Origin: an uncultured Acidobacteriota bacterium
Lineage (GTDB): Bacteria; Acidobacteriota; Thermoanaerobaculia; UBA5066; Gp7-AA6
Direction: 5' to 3'
Assembly (NCBI GenBank): GCA_963724465.1
Contig: CAVRUT010000003.1
Location: 308,505 to 372,504, forward strand
DNA: 64,000 nt
Part shown: positions 61,659-64,000 of the stretch, piece by piece
How positions within the stretch are numbered: position 1 is the stretch's first letter
Layout of the letters: every line of letters begins with the position of its first letter
Made by a program: the position numbers and the translations under genes
Notes under the pieces: generated by a model
Seen by the model: the letters and a program-made list of their open reading frames with translations, nothing else
Databases searched by the model: none
Told to the model about the DNA's origin: nothing

Positions 61659-62384
61659 TCATCGGGGAAGAACATGAAGGGCTTCCTCCATGTGGCGGTC
61701 GGCGGCGGCGACCGCCTCCTCCGGACTGCGGCCGTTCTGGCGCGCGCTCAAGTAAGGCGCGTACCAGTCCCACCAGTCATGCTTGGCATGCGTCTTCTCG
61801 TAGTGGTCGTGGTGCTCCGCGGTCTCGTGGAGGAGCTCTGCGAGGGTTGCGACGTCCATGGCTCCTCCTCGCGTCGACTTCCACTCGCGGCCGGGGAGGC
61901 GCGTCTGGATCTCCTGGACCAGCCAGCGGTTCCCGTCCGGATCCTCGAATGAGACGAACGAGTAGTAGGAACGACCTTGCGGGTCGCGCCCGCCGACGCG
62001 GGGATTCTTCACGGCGTTGTTGAAGGGGCCGCCGGCGTAGTGGAAGACCTCGCTCACGTCGACGCCGCGGGCGATCAACTCGTCGCGGGCAGCGTCGATG
62101 TCGTCCACGGCGAGGACCAGGCTGTCCGCCGAGCCGGGCTTGGCCGACGTGATTCCCTGGCCGAAGATGATCGAGGCTTCCGAGTTGTGCGGCGTCAGCT
62201 GCACGCCGCGGAAGTCGTCGCCCGTCACGAAGTCGCCGTCGAGCCGCCAGCCAAGATTCTCGTAGAACGCCTTCGCGCGGTCGACGTCGGAAACGCCGAT
62301 CACCACGACTTCGAGCTTCATGTCGACCTTCCCGACGCGCGTGTCGGGGGTCGCGTCATGACTACGGATTGCGTTAGTGCTCAT
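61659..62384 (-). CDS. VOC (glyoxalase/bleomycin-resistance) family protein with C-terminal helical extension
   Basis: ..MKLEVVVIGVSDVDRAKAFYENLGWRLDGDF..SLVLAVDDIDAARDELIARGVDVSEVFH..SFEDPDGNRWLVQE.. Intact 241-aa ORF. Confidence 0.8.
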   Translation of the reverse strand: MSTNAIRSHDATPDTRVGKVDMKLEVVVIGVSDVDRAKAFYENLGWRLDGDFVTGDDFRGVQLTPHNSEASIIFGQGITSAKPGSADSLVLAVDDIDAARDELIARGVDVSEVFHYAGGPFNNAVKNPRVGGRDPQGRSYYSFVSFEDPDGNRWLVQEIQTRLPGREWKSTRGGAMDVATLAELLHETAEHHDHYEKTHAKHDWWDWYAPYLSARQNGRSPEEAVAAADRHMEEALHVLPR

Positions 62385-62436
62385 GGTTGCCTCTGGTTTT
62401 GTTTGCGGCCTGCATGCATCTCAGAGCCGTGGCGCT

Positions 62437-62952
62437 CTACTTCATCTCGGTCGCGGGTGTTTCCTTCAGAGGTTTGAGGGCCTCCGCCGGCGCGATCTCC
62501 TTTCCGCCCGCGTCCACATAGTGGATGTCGAAGGCGGCGTCGGTGTAGAGGTAGAAGCCGCAGGCCGCCACACACCGGAATTGATGGACGTGGTGGGACG
62601 GCATCATCGCGAAGCCGCCCGGCTTGAGCGTGATGGATTTGCCTTCCTTCATGCTCACCTCGGCCGTACCGTTGACCATCATGAGGTTTTCATTCGCCGT
62701 GTGCCAGTGCCAGGGGATCGTGCATCCCGCGGCCACCTTCGCGTAGAGAATGGAAGGCCCCTTCGTGGGATCGCCGCTCAACACGGATCCGTGCGCGCAG
62801 GTCGGCAAAGGCGGGATCGTCACGAACTTCATCTCCGCGACGCTGCGTCCAAACGGCTGAGCCGCCTCCGCCTGCCCCCGGGCGACGCCCGGCAGCGCGA
62901 ACGCGAGCGACACCGCAAGCCCCAACGGGATCGACCGGCCTCGAATGCTCAT
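62437..62952 (-). CDS. secreted cupin-domain protein
   Basis: Strong RBS (GGAGGAGGAG), signal peptide MSIRGRSIPLGLAVSLAFALPGVARG, and cupin motifs ..CTIPWHWHTANENLMMVNGTAEV..GGFAMMPSHHVHQF. Confidence 0.8.
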   Translation of the reverse strand: MSIRGRSIPLGLAVSLAFALPGVARGQAEAAQPFGRSVAEMKFVTIPPLPTCAHGSVLSGDPTKGPSILYAKVAAGCTIPWHWHTANENLMMVNGTAEVSMKEGKSITLKPGGFAMMPSHHVHQFRCVAACGFYLYTDAAFDIHYVDAGGKEIAPAEALKPLKETPATEMK

Positions 62953-63043
62953 CTCTCCTCCTCCTCTCATCTCATGCTCTCATGGCGAATCACGAGATCC
63001 TACTAAACGCCGCAGGGACCCGATTTCGTCGCATTTCCGCGGA

Positions 63044-63145
63044 TTCCAAATCCGAGATCGCGTTCGTCACTTCACACCCTCGACGAAATTGTTTCACGAC
63101 CTCCGCCGCACCGCCGCCCGCGACATGATCCGGGCCGGGGTGGAC
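63044..63145 (+). pseudogene. tyrosine recombinase (phage-type integrase) C-terminal stub
   Basis: ..IRDRVRHFTPSTKLFHDLRRTAARDMIRAGVD.. matches the HDLRRT..L..AGV box II region. Only about 35 codons remain and they run directly into the tRNA-like half site of repeat copy B. Confidence 0.5.
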
Positions 63146-63292
63146 CGGGCTCGAACCCTCGACCTTTGGGTTATGAGAACTCCACAAAAGTCGTCTCAAG
63201 TAGAAAAGACACGACAAAACGCGACTCGCTCGGGCGTTCGAGTCGTCACTTTTCGCTTCCTGTAGGCGCCAGATCGCCCCACTTTCGCCCCA
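63130..63292 (-). repeat. about 160-bp repeat, copy B, ending in a tRNA-Met-like 3' half
   Basis: The minus strand reads GGGGCGAAAGTGGGGCGATCTGGCGCCTACAGGAAGCGAAAAG...CTCATAACCCAAAGGTCGAGGGTTCGAGCCC. This is a CAT anticodon-loop-like CTCATAA, variable region and T-arm 5' half, but there is no D arm, no acceptor stem and an unpaired T stem. Confidence 0.65.
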
Positions 63293-63299
63293 CCGAGTG

Positions 63300-63700
63300 G
63301 CCAAAGGCGATTCGAGGTCGCGCCTTTCCAAGCGCGCCAATGAGGAACGCCATCGTCTCGCGGCTAAGGGTTCGGCCCCGCTGGGGAGACTTCCAGCACC
63401 CGGCACGTCATCGATACCCCGTACTCGGCCCGGTTGCTCTTCACGAACTCGAAGACTTCTCGGGAACGGCGTCGGTCTCCCGAGCAAGCCAGGTCGCGGC
63501 GTTTGCCAAAATCTCCCGCTCGAGCTTCAGCCGCCGATTCTCACGCCGCAGCCGCCCAAGCTCTTCCCTCTCCTCGCTCGTCAAACCGTCGCTGCGTCGG
63601 CCCCTCGTCCAGATCCCCCTGGCGCAGCCAGTTGCGAATCGTCTGGGCCGACGGCTCGCAGGGTGGGCCGTGACGCTGATGTCGAGCGTCAAGTCAGTTG
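63300..63700 (-). mobile_element. IS3-family transposase remnant (orfA C-terminus and first ~40 codons of orfB, frameshifted, truncated)
   Basis: ..SAQTIRNWLRQGDLDEG / RRSDGLTSEEREELGRLRRENRRLKLEREILANAATWLARET.. (orfA leucine zipper), then ..FEFVKSNRAEYGVSMTCRVLEVSP.. (orfB start). Homology stops at repeat copy B. Confidence 0.6.
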
Positions 63701-63790
63701 GGCTATGATCACCCGGCCGTCCGATGCTGTGCGCCGATTCATCGAACACCGCTCGGTGGACCGACCACGCAGAAAGAATAGGAGTCCGAA

Positions 63791-64000
63791 ATGAGCGACC
63801 TCTCTCTTGAAGATCAGAACTTTGCGGAAAAACAGACCGAGCTGATCGCCGAGAACGCCGATCTCGGTCCGAATCAACTGAAGCGCTTTCCGAACGCCAT
63901 CGTGTTGCAGATCAAACCGGCGGCACAGAGCCGCGGGGACTTTCACGCGCTGCAGGGCATCGCCGGTGGGCGCGGAAGCGGGCTGGTGGGTGACGCCACG
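63791..64000 (+). CDS. hypothetical protein, N-terminal part (runs off the right edge)
   Basis: AGGAG RBS 6 nt upstream of ATG. 70 open codons MSDLSLEDQNFAEKQTELIAENADLGPNQLKRFPNAIVLQIKP.. with locally lower GC. Not in the ORF track because no stop is reached. Confidence 0.4.
   Translation, partial: MSDLSLEDQNFAEKQTELIAENADLGPNQLKRFPNAIVLQIKPAAQSRGDFHALQGIAGGRGSGLVGDAT

Overview
This is a 64-kb, very GC-rich (about two-thirds G+C by eye) bacterial chromosomal segment. The gene repertoire includes several Ser/Thr kinases starting [15 protein letters not shown] with TPR tails, multiple ECF sigma factors and a roughly 2,840-codon cyclic beta-1,2-glucan synthase. That fits an Acidobacteriota-like soil bacterium, but this is inference only. 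I can support about 60 protein-coding genes, no rRNA, no intact tRNA and no CRISPR array. From left to right the window holds: ABC/HlyD export genes; cobB, icd and purE; envelope proteins; an MMPL transporter; USPs; an ECF sigma unit; a P-type ATPase; and an acs/E1/E2/ACP block interrupted by two antisense ArsA-like fragments. Next come the giant ndvB-like gene and a 10-kb stress-type island (BON, DsbA-like, SOD, VIT1, zinc-ribbon and tiny membrane proteins). In that island a conserved promoter-like module containing the exact 10-mer AACGATTGGA recurs 7 times, which I rate as the most interesting signal in the window. Further right are the glyoxylate shunt (aceB-aceA), kinase/HAMP signalling genes, an ECF42-like sigma module, an mtoX-like SBP56/SCO1 pair and lutABC. 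The right-hand end is full of mobile-element debris (IS5, IS3 and integrase stubs, tRNA-like half sites, kinase stubs). Many conserved genes need 1-nt frame changes to be read through, so either the assembly carries indel errors or the genome is decaying. For such genes I give the full reconstructed span, not the ORF-track fragments.
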